In this document: in pieces, positions 14,237-29,569 of the stretch | How the letters are laid out: each line of letters begins with the position of its first letter | Numbering within the stretch: position 1 is the first letter of the stretch | Assembly: GCA_012295275.1 (NCBI GenBank) | Contig: CM022676.1 | Coordinates: 13,082,001 to 13,146,000 of the forward strand | Length of the DNA stretch: 64,000 nucleotides | Reading direction: 5' to 3' | From: Chrysomallon squamiferum | Taxonomy: Eukaryota; Animalia; Mollusca | Notes under the pieces: model-generated | What the model saw: only the letters and a program-made list of their open reading frames with translations | What the model was told of the DNA's origin: nothing | The model's database searches: none | Made by a program: the position numbers and the translations under genes

Positions 14237-15367
14237 TAATGCATTTTACGGTTTTATAATCAAAAGAGTAATTTGTTTGATATTTATTTTGTAAATACAA
14301 TTATAATAACATTATTGCTTGTATTTAATTATTAATCACATTTCCTTTATATACAATAAAAAAAAAATAAAAAAATAATAATATCAACCATAAACAAGCT
14401 TTGATAATATTTAATGAAGAATGAATTGTTACTATGGTATTTAATTGCTATTAATAATACTACTACTGATAATAAAATATTATTTCTTTCCTTTACAAAA
14501 GAATTATTAATATCAGTTACATCTTTAGAAGAGCAAAATGGTATTATACTTTATAGTTGTTATTTATCTATTACAGCTTCAGAAGAACGAAGTAGTTCTA
14601 GTTCTCTGCTTGGTGCAGCTGTAGGCGGAGCTGTTGGTTCTGTGACAGTCATTGTTGTCATAGTGATTCTTCTTTTGCTTAGAAGACGGGGACCATTTTC
14701 AAACAAATCTGGTATCTTCTTAACCAATCTGCAAATTGTGATAAACTAAACTATAATAGTGATTCTCTTGTAGGTTATTTCCTTCATTGTGAACCCTTCA
14801 ATTATAATAATCTATACGTAAAGATTCTCACCTTTTAGCATAACGGTAAAATAAACAAAAAACATACCATATAATCTTTCACAAATATTACATAAAATTA
14901 TGTTGTAGTATTAATATTTGTAGTACTTGTAGTAACAGCAGTAGTAGTGGTTGTTGCTGTTTTGGTAACAGTTCAGTATTTTCCTGAACACAATTCTAAA
15001 TGTGGCAATGTTTTGTCTATCAGTTTCTGATTTCTGTTACCTTTACAGTTATGGAACATCCTAGTCCAGTTACAGACCAAACATACGAAGGACTTCAACA
15101 AAACAGAGAAACTACTGAATACTCAAGAATTGAGATGTATGAAAATCTGAGACAAACTGGTAAACATAATTATATTTTGTAACCTATAATGAAATCAGTG
15201 TTATTTTAAAGAGAATACATTTTATTTAAACGTTTAAAATTATTTCAGGTGCTGTAAATAAGACTATAACAGCTGACCACACGTATCAAGGTCTGCAAGA
15301 AAACAGAGAAGAACAACAATACACTAAACTGAACCTGTATGAAAATCTGAAGAAAAGTGACAAATGA
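929..15367 (+). CDS. G1: IgSF type-I membrane receptor (leader, atypical V-like Ig, C-type Ig split over two exons, 7 further Ig, FN3, TM, tandem-ITAM tail type A); one frameshift at ~13451
   Basis: Manually spliced AG/GT exons: 929-983, 5897-6214, 7489-7640, 8344-8527, 8803-9117, 9370-9681, 9828-10106, 10953-11240, 11558-11824, 11938-12234, 12931-13574, 14577-14711, 15049-15159, 15249-15367 (TGA). Ig C..W..C patterns (e.g. LTCTSDSNPSP..W..GNYTC), FN3 (GPPLPP..LSW..F.LQY), TM LLGAAVGGAVGSVTVIVVIVILLLL-RRR. Nephrin/hemicentin-like domain content; no orthologue recognised. Confidence 0.85.
2305..2529 (-). pseudogene. Inverted, disabled promoter+leader cassette 3
   Basis: Reverse complement reads ..cccggtagaaacaaagtttagtcacaacattcacaATGGCGAGACTCTGA..ATGCTGAGATATTTACTTGTT..AGTTAG..ccag|gtaaac with in-frame stops. 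Confidence 0.7.
2529..2583 (+). pseudogene. Leader cassette 4 with ACG in place of ATG, donor intact, promoter block missing
   Basis: acg gcg cta ata gga ttc tta ctt gtt tct gtc atg act gtt aga tac agt gtg g|gtaagt. Confidence 0.7.
3178..3335 (+). pseudogene. Cassette 5: promoter block with leader exon deleted
   Basis: gtagacgcttttacaaagtgacagcacc..cccggaagaaacaagtttagtcaaagcattcagaatg then jumps into intron-like sequence. Confidence 0.65.
3950..4112 (+). pseudogene. Cassette 6: degenerate promoter+leader (AAG instead of ATG)
   Basis: aacaagtttagtcacaacattcacaaaggcgctgtttagatgtttacttgtttctgtc. Confidence 0.65.
12354..12668. mobile_element. MITE-like element (~310 bp) with terminal inverted repeats in a G1 intron
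   Basis: tcaaccctccatttaa at 12357-12372 and ttaaatggagggttga at 12650-12665; non-coding interior; right end reads CAGTCAACCCTC (Tc1/mariner-pogo-like). Confidence 0.6.
14112..14190. mobile_element. ~80-bp pogo/Tigger-like hairpin MITE remnant
   Basis: ta|cagtggtaccttgacttacgag ... ctcgtaagttgaggtaacc imperfect inverted ends; paralogous copy at 59526-59600. Confidence 0.55.
15049..15367 (+). CDS. G1 cytoplasmic exons, one ITAM-consensus motif each
   Basis: DQTYEGLQQNRETTEYSRIEMYENL and DHTYQGLQENREEQQYTKLNLYENLKKSDK*; both fit D-x-x-YxxL-x8-YxxI/L. Confidence 0.85.
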
Positions 15368-16911
15368 TATTGTTATAATGAAAGTAACTTTACATTGTTT
15401 ACGTTTTTAATGAATATAATACTGTATTCTCTCTACTTACACTGATACTTCACGTTTTCTTTGAAAGAAGCTAAATTCAATAAACAGAAACTAATTGTTT
15501 AACTGTTATATAACACAGTATAAGAAAATATTTTCTAGTGAAAAGAAACACAAATCGTGTCAGACGTTTTCTTGAAAACACAGTTCTAAGGAATTGCTTT
15601 TCAAAATTGAAGACAAAGGGAGAATTTTAATATTCAAAATAGTTTTAATAAAGGAATTGAAAATGAAATGTATAAAAGAAATAAATTCATATGTTGACTA
15701 TATCGTGTAGTCTCTCTTATTCCATACATTTTCACATGAATACATAAAATAACAGACTGATTTCATTTTTCATTTATTTATTTATTAAATGAAGCAGCGT
15801 TTGTTCTAATTCGTAAATGTTGATTATATTTCTCGATATTTGCTTTCAAAATAAATATCATGTTAAATTTTTACTTTTTTTTGTTTTCTTATATCATGTT
15901 ATACTCAATAAATTTGACTAAATGTTTTATAGAGTAGCGCACATATTATTATCATGATTATTAGAATAAACTGAAACAATTACATTTCTTGTAAATTTAA
16001 AAATACTACTACTACTAACAATAATAATGATAAAAACAATAATAACAATAATAATTAAAAAATAAATAAATAAATAACTCAGCTGAATTTACTGAATGTC
16101 TTGATTAAATAATTTATATGGAAACATCATAAAAGTGTGTTTGTGTTAAATATTTTAAATTCATACAGGGAACATGCAATTATAAACGCTTGCTTCTTTA
16201 TGATGGTTGCAAATTTCAGGAAGAAAGATATTACAGTTCAAACACATTTAGTTGTGATTTTAGGAACAACATTTTTGACAAGAATTAAACATTAAGTATT
16301 GTTACAGTGAGTATTGCAAACTTGTCCAAACAAAATCCCAGAAACAAATAATCTTTACAGCTTATGTGAAAAGAAGCCAAGTGGATCTTAAAAATTTCTA
16401 AAAGAGTAAAACATACAAAAACGAAATGTCCTCCAATAACTAAAAGTTCGTAATTTACTAATAGCAAACTCTAGCATAATAAATACATTTAGTTTAAAAG
16501 ATATTTCTTTATTCTTAATTATCTATTTTTTTTATTAATATTTTTATTTTCATTAACAAACTTTATTTACATTAGAAAGTAGCCTTAAGAAATGTAAAGG
16601 AGACAACTGAAAGTAGATTCCTTAAAAAATGAATATGTTAAGTGGTATTATGAACATTAATCAAGTAAAAATATCAAAGCTATTTAAGTAGGTCTTCTTA
16701 GAATACGAAGAAATGAAAATATATTTCATATACTTCCAATATGCTTTCTTTGTCAGTCAAAAATTAATTAACTGTATCAGAAGAAAAAATACAGCCTCCA
16801 CTTTGCACACCATCATAGAAGATTTAAACTGAGAACGAACTTTGTTTTGCAGTGCACACGTATTCACGTGCAGGACAGTTTTGCATCTTCTAGATTTTCC
16901 ATTAATACAAG

Positions 16912-16963
<52 letters not shown>

Positions 16964-17068
16964 GTTGTGCAGTTTTTGTTGTTTATATTTTGTATTTATT
17001 TATTTACTTATTTAGTTTATGTTATAAAAAATATGTTTTAAGTTTCTTATATCTATCTATCTATCTAT

Positions 17069-17073
<5 letters not shown>

Positions 17074-17132
<59 letters not shown>
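17074..17132. repeat. (TA)n microsatellite
   Basis: Direct inspection. Confidence 0.95.
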
Positions 17133-17135
<3 letters not shown>

Positions 17136-17627
17136 TGCCTCATTTAGATAAATAATAATTGTTGAAGCAGTAATCTAAGTCAAGTTAATAAGTGAGCTGT
17201 CAAATTCTGGTGTAGTCATCAGACATACATTTTATGTTGAGTAAAAATGTACTGTATGTGTGGAAATAGATTAAATTTAAATACATTTACTCTTGTGTGT
17301 AAGTTACAAGTGAATCATTTTAAGTATTTTACATAATGCTTCGTCAGGTTATCAATTAAAAATTAAAACTAAGATTGACATCAAACCCTAACCATAGCAA
17401 CTCTGGCTGAGGCCTAAATCCTCAAAATTTGATTCAATAAATCATTAATTAATATCCATCGTATTCTTTATTATGTTTTATGAAATATTTGCATTTAAAT
17501 CTGTTCCTAACCTTAATAAACAATGTCCTAGATTTACTGAATTAATTTGTTTTATTTATTTATTTATTTATTGACTTATTTATTTATTATTGTCATTGTT
17601 AATTTTATTATTATTATTATTATTATT

Positions 17628-17663
<36 letters not shown>

Positions 17664-17983
17664 ACTGTTGTTATTGTTTTTGTTGTTGTTGTTGTTTTAT
17701 TTTATTTTGTATTTAATTTTTTATTCTAAATCACATTTTTAACATTTGACGTGTTTTATCTACACAGTATTTCTAACCCAAGTCTTCACCATACCCATAA
17801 CCATAACTCTAAATATGTCACAAAATAAAGTCTAGGAAACAGAAAGGGAAACTACTTCTACTACTACTCCCACTACTAGTATTACTACTAATAATAATAA
17901 ATACCTTAACAAAAAACAAACAAAAAAGATTGCAACAACAAACTATTTATTTATCATTTATTAAGAAAGAAAGAAAGATTGCA

Positions 17984-17984
17984 T

Positions 17985-18081
<97 letters not shown>

Positions 18082-18532
18082 GCTCTAATATTTGGAAAAG
18101 AGACAGAAAGCGGACGGGTGGGGAACAAAGAGAGAGTGAGTTAGACAGATACATTATATATATATATATATTATTATTATTATTATTTGTATTATTATTA
18201 TTGTTATATTTGTTTTATTATGTATTATAATTTTTCTTAATATGGGGCTTTATATATATAATTTTTAATTTGTTAGATATATATATATATCTAACAAATT
18301 AAAAATTTCAGGTCACATTATAAGAAAATGAACTTCCTAGTTGCTATGATTCGCACAGAGAGGCTGACTGGATGGACGCAGTGCGGGGAAACACCTAATT
18401 TTGACATTTGACTCGCACAGTTTACACTTACAATGAGGGACCAGAAAGAAAAAAAAGTAGATATTTCTGTAAAATGTTTTCTAAGAAAAAGATAAAAATA
18501 CGTACTAATTTTAGACTTAATTCAGCAGGATA
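17984..18532 (+). repeat. Third (direct) partial copy of the palindrome arm, matching ~22675-23222
   Basis: (CT)n-cgctctaatatttggaaaagagacagaaagcggacggg...ttcagcaggataa is shared. Confidence 0.9.
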
Positions 18533-19360
18533 ATTAAATTCTAGATGCATTGATTGTTTCTGGATTCTGCTTAACTAAGCAAGGAACACTTCATTTCTGT
18601 CTTTTATCTCTGATATAACAAAACAGTAGTTTAAAAACAAATATCTGTATTATATTGATAGTTTTCCTTACAGACTGAGATAAATGTATAGCTTAATGCT
18701 TCACACACACACACACTTCAAAATCTGCTGTTATACAAAGTAAAACCTTTTTAGCGGTCTTGATTATGTTTGCATTAAGGAACTTCTATAACAGATTAAC
18801 AATATATTAACTAAAACTGTGATAACTTCAAACCCCAGTTTATTTTCTTTTTCCTTTATTCCCCCATAAATGAAAGAGCATCAGTGTTATTATTACAAAC
18901 TTTGTTTTTATATAATGTAGAGATGTTTTTTTTTTTTTTCCCACAAGTAAACCCTTTTGAGTATTTTTGGCCTGAACTCAGAATTTACCAATATGGAATT
19001 GTTGACCTGTGCTCTCAGTGTCTTTTGTTGTGGAATGTCCTGTATGAATGTTTTAATGAGACTAAACAGAATATTTACATTTGATATGATTATATTCCTG
19101 ATTTATTATCTGAAATTATATCTGTGAATTAGATATTACTGTTACTTGTCTAGTTTTAGTAATCAGATTACACTTCTCACATTAGCTTGTCCTTAGATAT
19201 TACATAATGATAAGAATAGTAATAATAATAATATTATTTGTTGGATATTTTTATTTTTATTTTTTACAATGTATTATCTCCATTTCACTTGTTTTTTACC
19301 ATCCAAAGTCTTAATTCCTATGTATTTCTTATTTTATTTATTTTAATGTGTTTATATTAG

Positions 19361-19393
19361 AATCAACAACAGTAGGAACAACACCATCAAGCA
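19361..19393 (+). other. Orphan 33-nt phase-1/1 Ser/Thr-rich micro-exon candidate (xSTTVGTTPSS)
   Basis: T-rich tract+AG|AATCAACAACAGTAGGAACAACACCATCAAGCA|GTAAGT. Confidence 0.5.
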
Positions 19394-20041
19394 GTAAGTT
19401 ACATACATCCCATTTCTCCCCCTGACCCTGTGCTAATCATTCAAGTAATCTCTGTTCAGTTTCCACTGTTCCTAATATAAAGACTCTAAAATCTTATAAT
19501 GCAAAACACTAATGTAATTTCAATAATAATAATTGTTATAATATTGGTATTGGTGACAAATGTATAATTTTTCAGATCAAGTCCAGTTTGAAAATTTACA
19601 TAATTTTTAATATTACTTTACTATTTAGGTATAAAATTGTGTTAATATTATTATATTAATAGGTAATTGTATATGAATACATGATGTGCATTTACTGGTT
19701 AGTTAAATAACTGTCACTTGGTTGGAGTCTTACATACTGTTGTGTCTCATCCCCTCCTTTACTCATAAAAAAAAAAAAAAAATTGTTACTACATTAAACT
19801 TATACTTTAATACATTTGTTAAAGTTACTAACCCCAATTTTATCAAAACATGAAGCCCAGACTTTTTACTTTTTATTTTATTTTTTTCTACTTTTAGGAA
19901 ATTTACTCAAAATTCTTAGATTTATGTATTTATTTTTAATGTTAGATATCTTTGTCATTTATTTTTCTGTTTACTGCTAGTTTTCCTGCAGATAACATTT
20001 TTTTTTTATACATTTTTAAATGTTTTAATGTATTGTAATAG

Positions 20042-20074
20042 AATTTACAACAGCAGAAACAACACAGTCAGTCA
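20042..20074 (+). other. Orphan 33-nt phase-1/1 Ser/Thr-rich micro-exon candidate (xFTTAETTQSV)
   Basis: AG|AATTTACAACAGCAGAAACAACACAGTCAGTCA|GTCAGT; same length and phase as 19361-19393, with a similar acceptor context (ttttaatgt..tag). Confidence 0.45.
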
Positions 20075-22089
20075 GTCAGTGTTTGTATACATATATACAT
20101 GTGTGTACTCCACTCCTTCCTTTAACAAGCTTGTATTTATTTAAGTAATAAACTGTATTTAGAATTTTTTTCTGTGACAATGTTTTATTCCATCTTGTGT
20201 TTCACACAAAACAGAGGCAAAACTGAAATCATGTAATTAGAAGGATCACATTAAATAGAATGATAATGGTGAATATAATTAAAATTAATCTTCAGTTCAG
20301 TTTTGATAATGATACTAAAACAGAGTGAAATAAATAGATGTAATAATTATCTTAACTGAGTCAGCATCGCCTGTTTTTTAGTATTTTATGCGTTTTACTC
20401 CAGACTTTATTCAAAAAAAATGAAAATAATAATAATAACTGTATCAGATTTTCAGTGATTAGATTAAATATTAAAATTGTAATTTACAATATTTGTTAAC
20501 ATTACTAACTTCAAACTGTATATAACAATAAATAAGTTGGCTTGTTATGAGTTATGTCTATAACATTTCGACATCTGTCTGAGAAGATATGGACATCACA
20601 GATCACATTTCTGCTATAGCAAAATAGATAGAAGGAAAATGTACATGTTACAGTCCTATAACAAACATACAATACAATCAGCTAGACTAGAGCATTTTTA
20701 ACCATCATATCACTCCAGTTATAACAGTGAATCAGATGCATCTCAGACTACTTTATTGTCCTTGTTTCTGTTAATTAAAAAAATTAGCTTTTTGTTTACT
20801 TTGTCAGTGTAAGGTTAAAGCTACTTGATTCTCATCTGTGTGTGTGTGTGTGTGTGTGTATGTGTGTGTGTGAAAGAGTTTGAATGTCAGTAATTATTTG
20901 CATGTGTTTATATGTGTCTAAATATGTGCATGTGTATGGCTTACATGCATGCATGTGCATCGCTACTCATCGGTAATAGATTACGTATCTATTTTACATT
21001 ACACAGTATTTATGTGTAGTTAATTCTTTTACAAATACATACACCTTTCCTAATTAAATTATTATGCACACATATTTACACATTTTAATGTTGTCATTAC
21101 TCAGTTTATATTTGTTTTAACAGTTACATAATATTAGTCATCTAAGATTGTTAGAAGTTCATCAGCATTTGTATTATGTGCTATTTTTTTCCTTCACAAA
21201 TTCATAGAACATTACATAAATATAGAATATCTGAATTGAACTAGAGTTTCTTACAGATTTCTGTAACACATTATTCACTTTTAGAACTTAAAGCAAATCT
21301 AGAAAGAAAGAAAATATTACACAAAACATAATAATATTCAAAGTTAGAAGCTATAAGTCAAATATAGAAATTAATTTACATTTCTTCATTACATTACATG
21401 TGTACATATATCTATGTAAATATGCATCTAAAAATGTGTATCCATGGATTTGTATATGTATGAGTGTTTGCTTATGTGCGTCAGTTTCTTCATATGTATT
21501 TAGGAGAGATGGATAGACAGATAGAAAGACTAATTCTTATTATTTTAACACACTGAAAAATCATATACAGTTGTGCATACCAAACGTTAACTAAAGTAAT
21601 TTCTGAAATAAAATTATAACTGGAAATTATGTTAGGAGGCTAGTGGAGATTATGTGAAACATACAGCAACTCCCCCCAGCTGTGTTACCCACCACTATTA
21701 AAGTATGTTCCCATGAGTTTACTGTGACATGAGTACAATTGCAAATTGAAGCCTTTTGAAAATGTTAGCAGAAAAGCTGCACATTATAGTTCAATAGTAT
21801 TGTGAAGAATAAGAGAAAACGCCCATCATACAGTATCTGCTGTATTTCGTATAAGAATTACTTCAAATAAAGCAATTCAGTATGAATAAAAACTTTTGTC
21901 ATTAGAGTTTAGAGTGTAATCCATTAATGACAAAACTACACGACTTAACAGAATTGTTGCATATGACATAAAGATATATTTATGAGTTTTTTTATTCCTT
22001 CAATAACTAAGAAATAAAAGAAGCCTGTATCGAACAGGACGCATTTCGAATGAAATGGTAAGAGTTAAAAATGAAAATTAAAAAGGACG

Positions 22090-26520
<4,431 letters not shown>

Positions 26521-26720
26521 NNNNNNNNNNNNNNNNNNNNNNNNNNNNNNNNNNNNNNNNNNNNNNNNNNNNNNNNNNNNNNNNNNNNNNNNNNNNNNNN
26601 NNNNNNNNNNNNNNNNNNNNNNNNNNNNNNNNNNNNNNNNNNNNNNNNNNNNNNNNNNNNNNNNNNNNNNNNNNNNNNNNNNNNNNNNNNNNNNNNNNNN
26701 NNNNNNNNNNNNNNNNNNNN
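26521..26720. other. Assembly gap (200 N)
   Basis: Run of n; round length suggests a placeholder of unknown true size. Confidence 1.
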
Positions 26721-27201
26721 AATAAATGAGGCAATATATGAATTTCAAAGGTTATTATTTATTAGTTAGTTATCTATTTATTTATTATTATCATTTCTGC
26801 TAAAAAATTGGAGACGGTTATCAACCAGAGCTTATGGTAAGATAAAGATAAAAACATAATTTTATATTTTGTTTTTTTTGGTTGTTGTTTTACGATTTTG
26901 TTTTTTTTGTGAAAACGATCTGTGACATACAAAAAAATCCGTTATTGTTCGAGAGTACATTTCTTAACATTATAGAAACTATGTGTGAAATGCTTTAATA
27001 TCCATGCTCCATGTAAACGTCTTAATTATGCACATACGGAATGTTTCGAATTTCAACACTGACAATAACGCTTTTACTTTTTTCTTTTATTCTTTTAAGT
27101 GAATCTTTTATCTTTAAAATAGTTACATTTGTTAATGATTTGTATATAAGTTATTAAAATGTTCTCCTTTCTGTATGTTCAGTTTGTTATTTTCAAAGTA
27201 C

Positions 27202-27203
<2 letters not shown>

Positions 27204-27292
<89 letters not shown>
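27204..27292. repeat. (GA)n microsatellite
   Basis: Direct inspection. Confidence 0.95.
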
Positions 27293-27294
<2 letters not shown>

Positions 27295-28074
27295 TGCATT
27301 TCAGTTATCTTAGAGAGCTGTAATAAAGTGACAGTGTAATAATATTAAATAGAATGTTGTTGTTTTTCATTATTGACTGAACTTGGGTCTATAAGGCAAC
27401 ATATGATGTCATCCTCCTTTCTACTATCTTATTTGCTGAAAATAATAACGAAACGGATATTTTCACACAGTATCTGTAATACTGAGATATTTTCACAAAA
27501 GATCTGTAATAGTGAGATATTTAAATATGATATTTACTGTAATAAAAAAATGGTCATTGTAAGCTGGTTTTAATTTCATTTAGCTAATTTGCTATATTAC
27601 TTTTATTTACATTGTGTTCTAAACGAGAACATGATTCCGCTTCAGTTTGGAGTTGGGTTTTGATACAAATAGAAAACGTAATTAAGAAGATAATCTTTTG
27701 TAGTTCTGATATCTCTACAGTCACTTTCTAATTTTTACGAATTAGATGCCTTACATTAAATATAGACAATTAAGTGATAAAATAATGTGTTGATTAATAT
27801 TTAATATTTTGTTAGAAAAAGTACATACATTAGATATAAAATAATGAGTTACTGACCTATTCATTAAACAGTCACCATGTAAACAGCTGTAGATTATTTG
27901 CTACATTCAAGAATGTAATAAATGTCGTATACGTTTTGCTGAGTTAGGGGAATGATGTAACCTTCGACAAGAAATCTTCTCTCGTTTTATAAATACAAAT
28001 ATTTTATAAAGAGTCACAAGATATGATTTACTAACAAACAATTAAAACATTTAAAAAAAAAAAAATAACATTCT

Positions 28075-28280
28075 TGTGAAATGTAATGAATAAAGTGAAA
28101 TAAATATACAAAAAATAGACACATTAATAGAATGACAGCGCTATAGAAATGTGACACAATAACCTAACCTAGATAAAGTACAACTCGTGTACCTGGAAGA
28201 AACAAGTTTAGTCAAAACATTCACAATGGCGCCATTGAGATATTTACTAGTTTCTGTCATGATTGTTACATGTAGTACAG
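28075..28280 (+). pseudogene. Cassette 7 (MAPLRYLLVSVMIVTCST-G), donor mutated GT>GG
   Basis: ATG 28226; ends acag|ggaagt. Confidence 0.7.
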
Positions 28281-28469
28281 GGAAGTTTCATTCATTTTTT
28301 TTTTAATTTGGTTTTTCATTTATTTATTTATTCATTTGTATTATTCAGATTTATGCCGGTTAGAGCCGGTTATTATTATTATTATTATTATTATTATTTA
28401 GTTATTCATCTTGTTTATCTGTTTTTATTATTTTTGATTTTAGTCTTGACAAGAATGAGATATTTTATA

Positions 28470-28659
28470 CCTTAACCGAGATAGAAGTAGACGCTTTACT
28501 ACAGTGACAGCGCTGAAGTAATAACGTGACCGAGTAAGATAACCTAGATAGACTGGCTATAACTTGTGTACACGAAAGAAACAAAGTAAATCACAACATA
28601 CACTATGGCGATAGTGGGATACATACTTGTTTCTGCTTCGATTGTTGGCTATTGTTTAG
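28470..28659 (+). promoter_or_regulatory. Cassette 8, intact (MAIVGYILVSASIVGYCL-G); likely G2 exon 1
   Basis: ATG 28605, 55 nt, GTAAGT donor at 28660. Confidence 0.75.
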
Positions 28660-29507
28660 GTAAGTTTTATTGTTACTATTTAATTCATACATTGAAACAA
28701 ATATGTTAGATATTACTGATATAAACTGTGTACTGAAAAGTTATTCAGTCTGTGCCCTGGTTAAAGCTAATTCATATTATTTAAACTTAACGTCGTATCT
28801 GTGAAAAGAAAATGTAGAGTGACAGCTAGTATAGTGTTATAATGTTACACTTGGATTATATTTCACATAATGGAGTTGTCGGAAACGATCTAGTTAAATA
28901 CTTCAAATTGTTACTCTAAAAATGATCTTCGAGAAACAAAAAAATCATTGAATAATTAAGAGCAAGAAAACAAATCTACGGCAAAATGTGTATAACAGTT
29001 ATAACTTTTGCAATCCGGACACCATTTGTAATATATCTATCTAGCTATCTATCTGTATATATATATAATTTTGTTTTTCGTGAATAAATGTCCTTGTTCA
29101 AACTAAAGTAATGTACGTAACACTATACCAAGTTGAATTATACCATAACCAATTTTATAATTATTGATTGTACAATAGCTCATAACACATTAAAATGAAA
29201 TTGATATACGTACTCTTACACTGTTCTTTATTCAGAACATTATGTATCCTTATAATATCTTGTTTCAGTTGCCAGTTATCACTGTAGTGACCAGTTAGTA
29301 CAGTGTGTAATGAATGATAATTAAAATCGTTATTTCACAACTATGTGAACCACTAAATAATTCAAAATTCTAGAGGACTGTATGGTAGTATACGTGCAAA
29401 ATACATCGTATTATGTGAGGTTGACTGCCGTATACATTGGAAAAATGTTAGTTACTGAATATCTGAAATAATTAACTTGCGTTTTAAATCCTTTTAGTGA
29501 TGACAAA

Positions 29508-29569
<62 letters not shown>

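Larger units (their letters stand above)
13500..17980 (+). repeat. Segmental duplication: G1 3' part and downstream flank, paralogous to ~58925-63492
   Basis: Continuous near-identity across introns, TM/tail exons and ~2.6 kb beyond the stop. Confidence 0.92.

Noticed and set aside
929-15367. Naming the genes nephrin/NPHS1, hemicentin, sidestep or FREP
   Set aside because: Only generic Ig/FN3 similarity; tails, domain counts and N-termini do not identify a known orthologue, and there is no fibrinogen or lectin domain.
17979-18230. ORFs with poly-SL, poly-RE, poly-HT/VC, poly-I/Y (also 3416, 17547, 22540, 25807, 37624, 45836-46218, 49263-49821, 55959, 61357)
   Set aside because: Translations of (CT)n, (CA)n, (ATT)n and (TA)n microsatellites; no splice or domain support.
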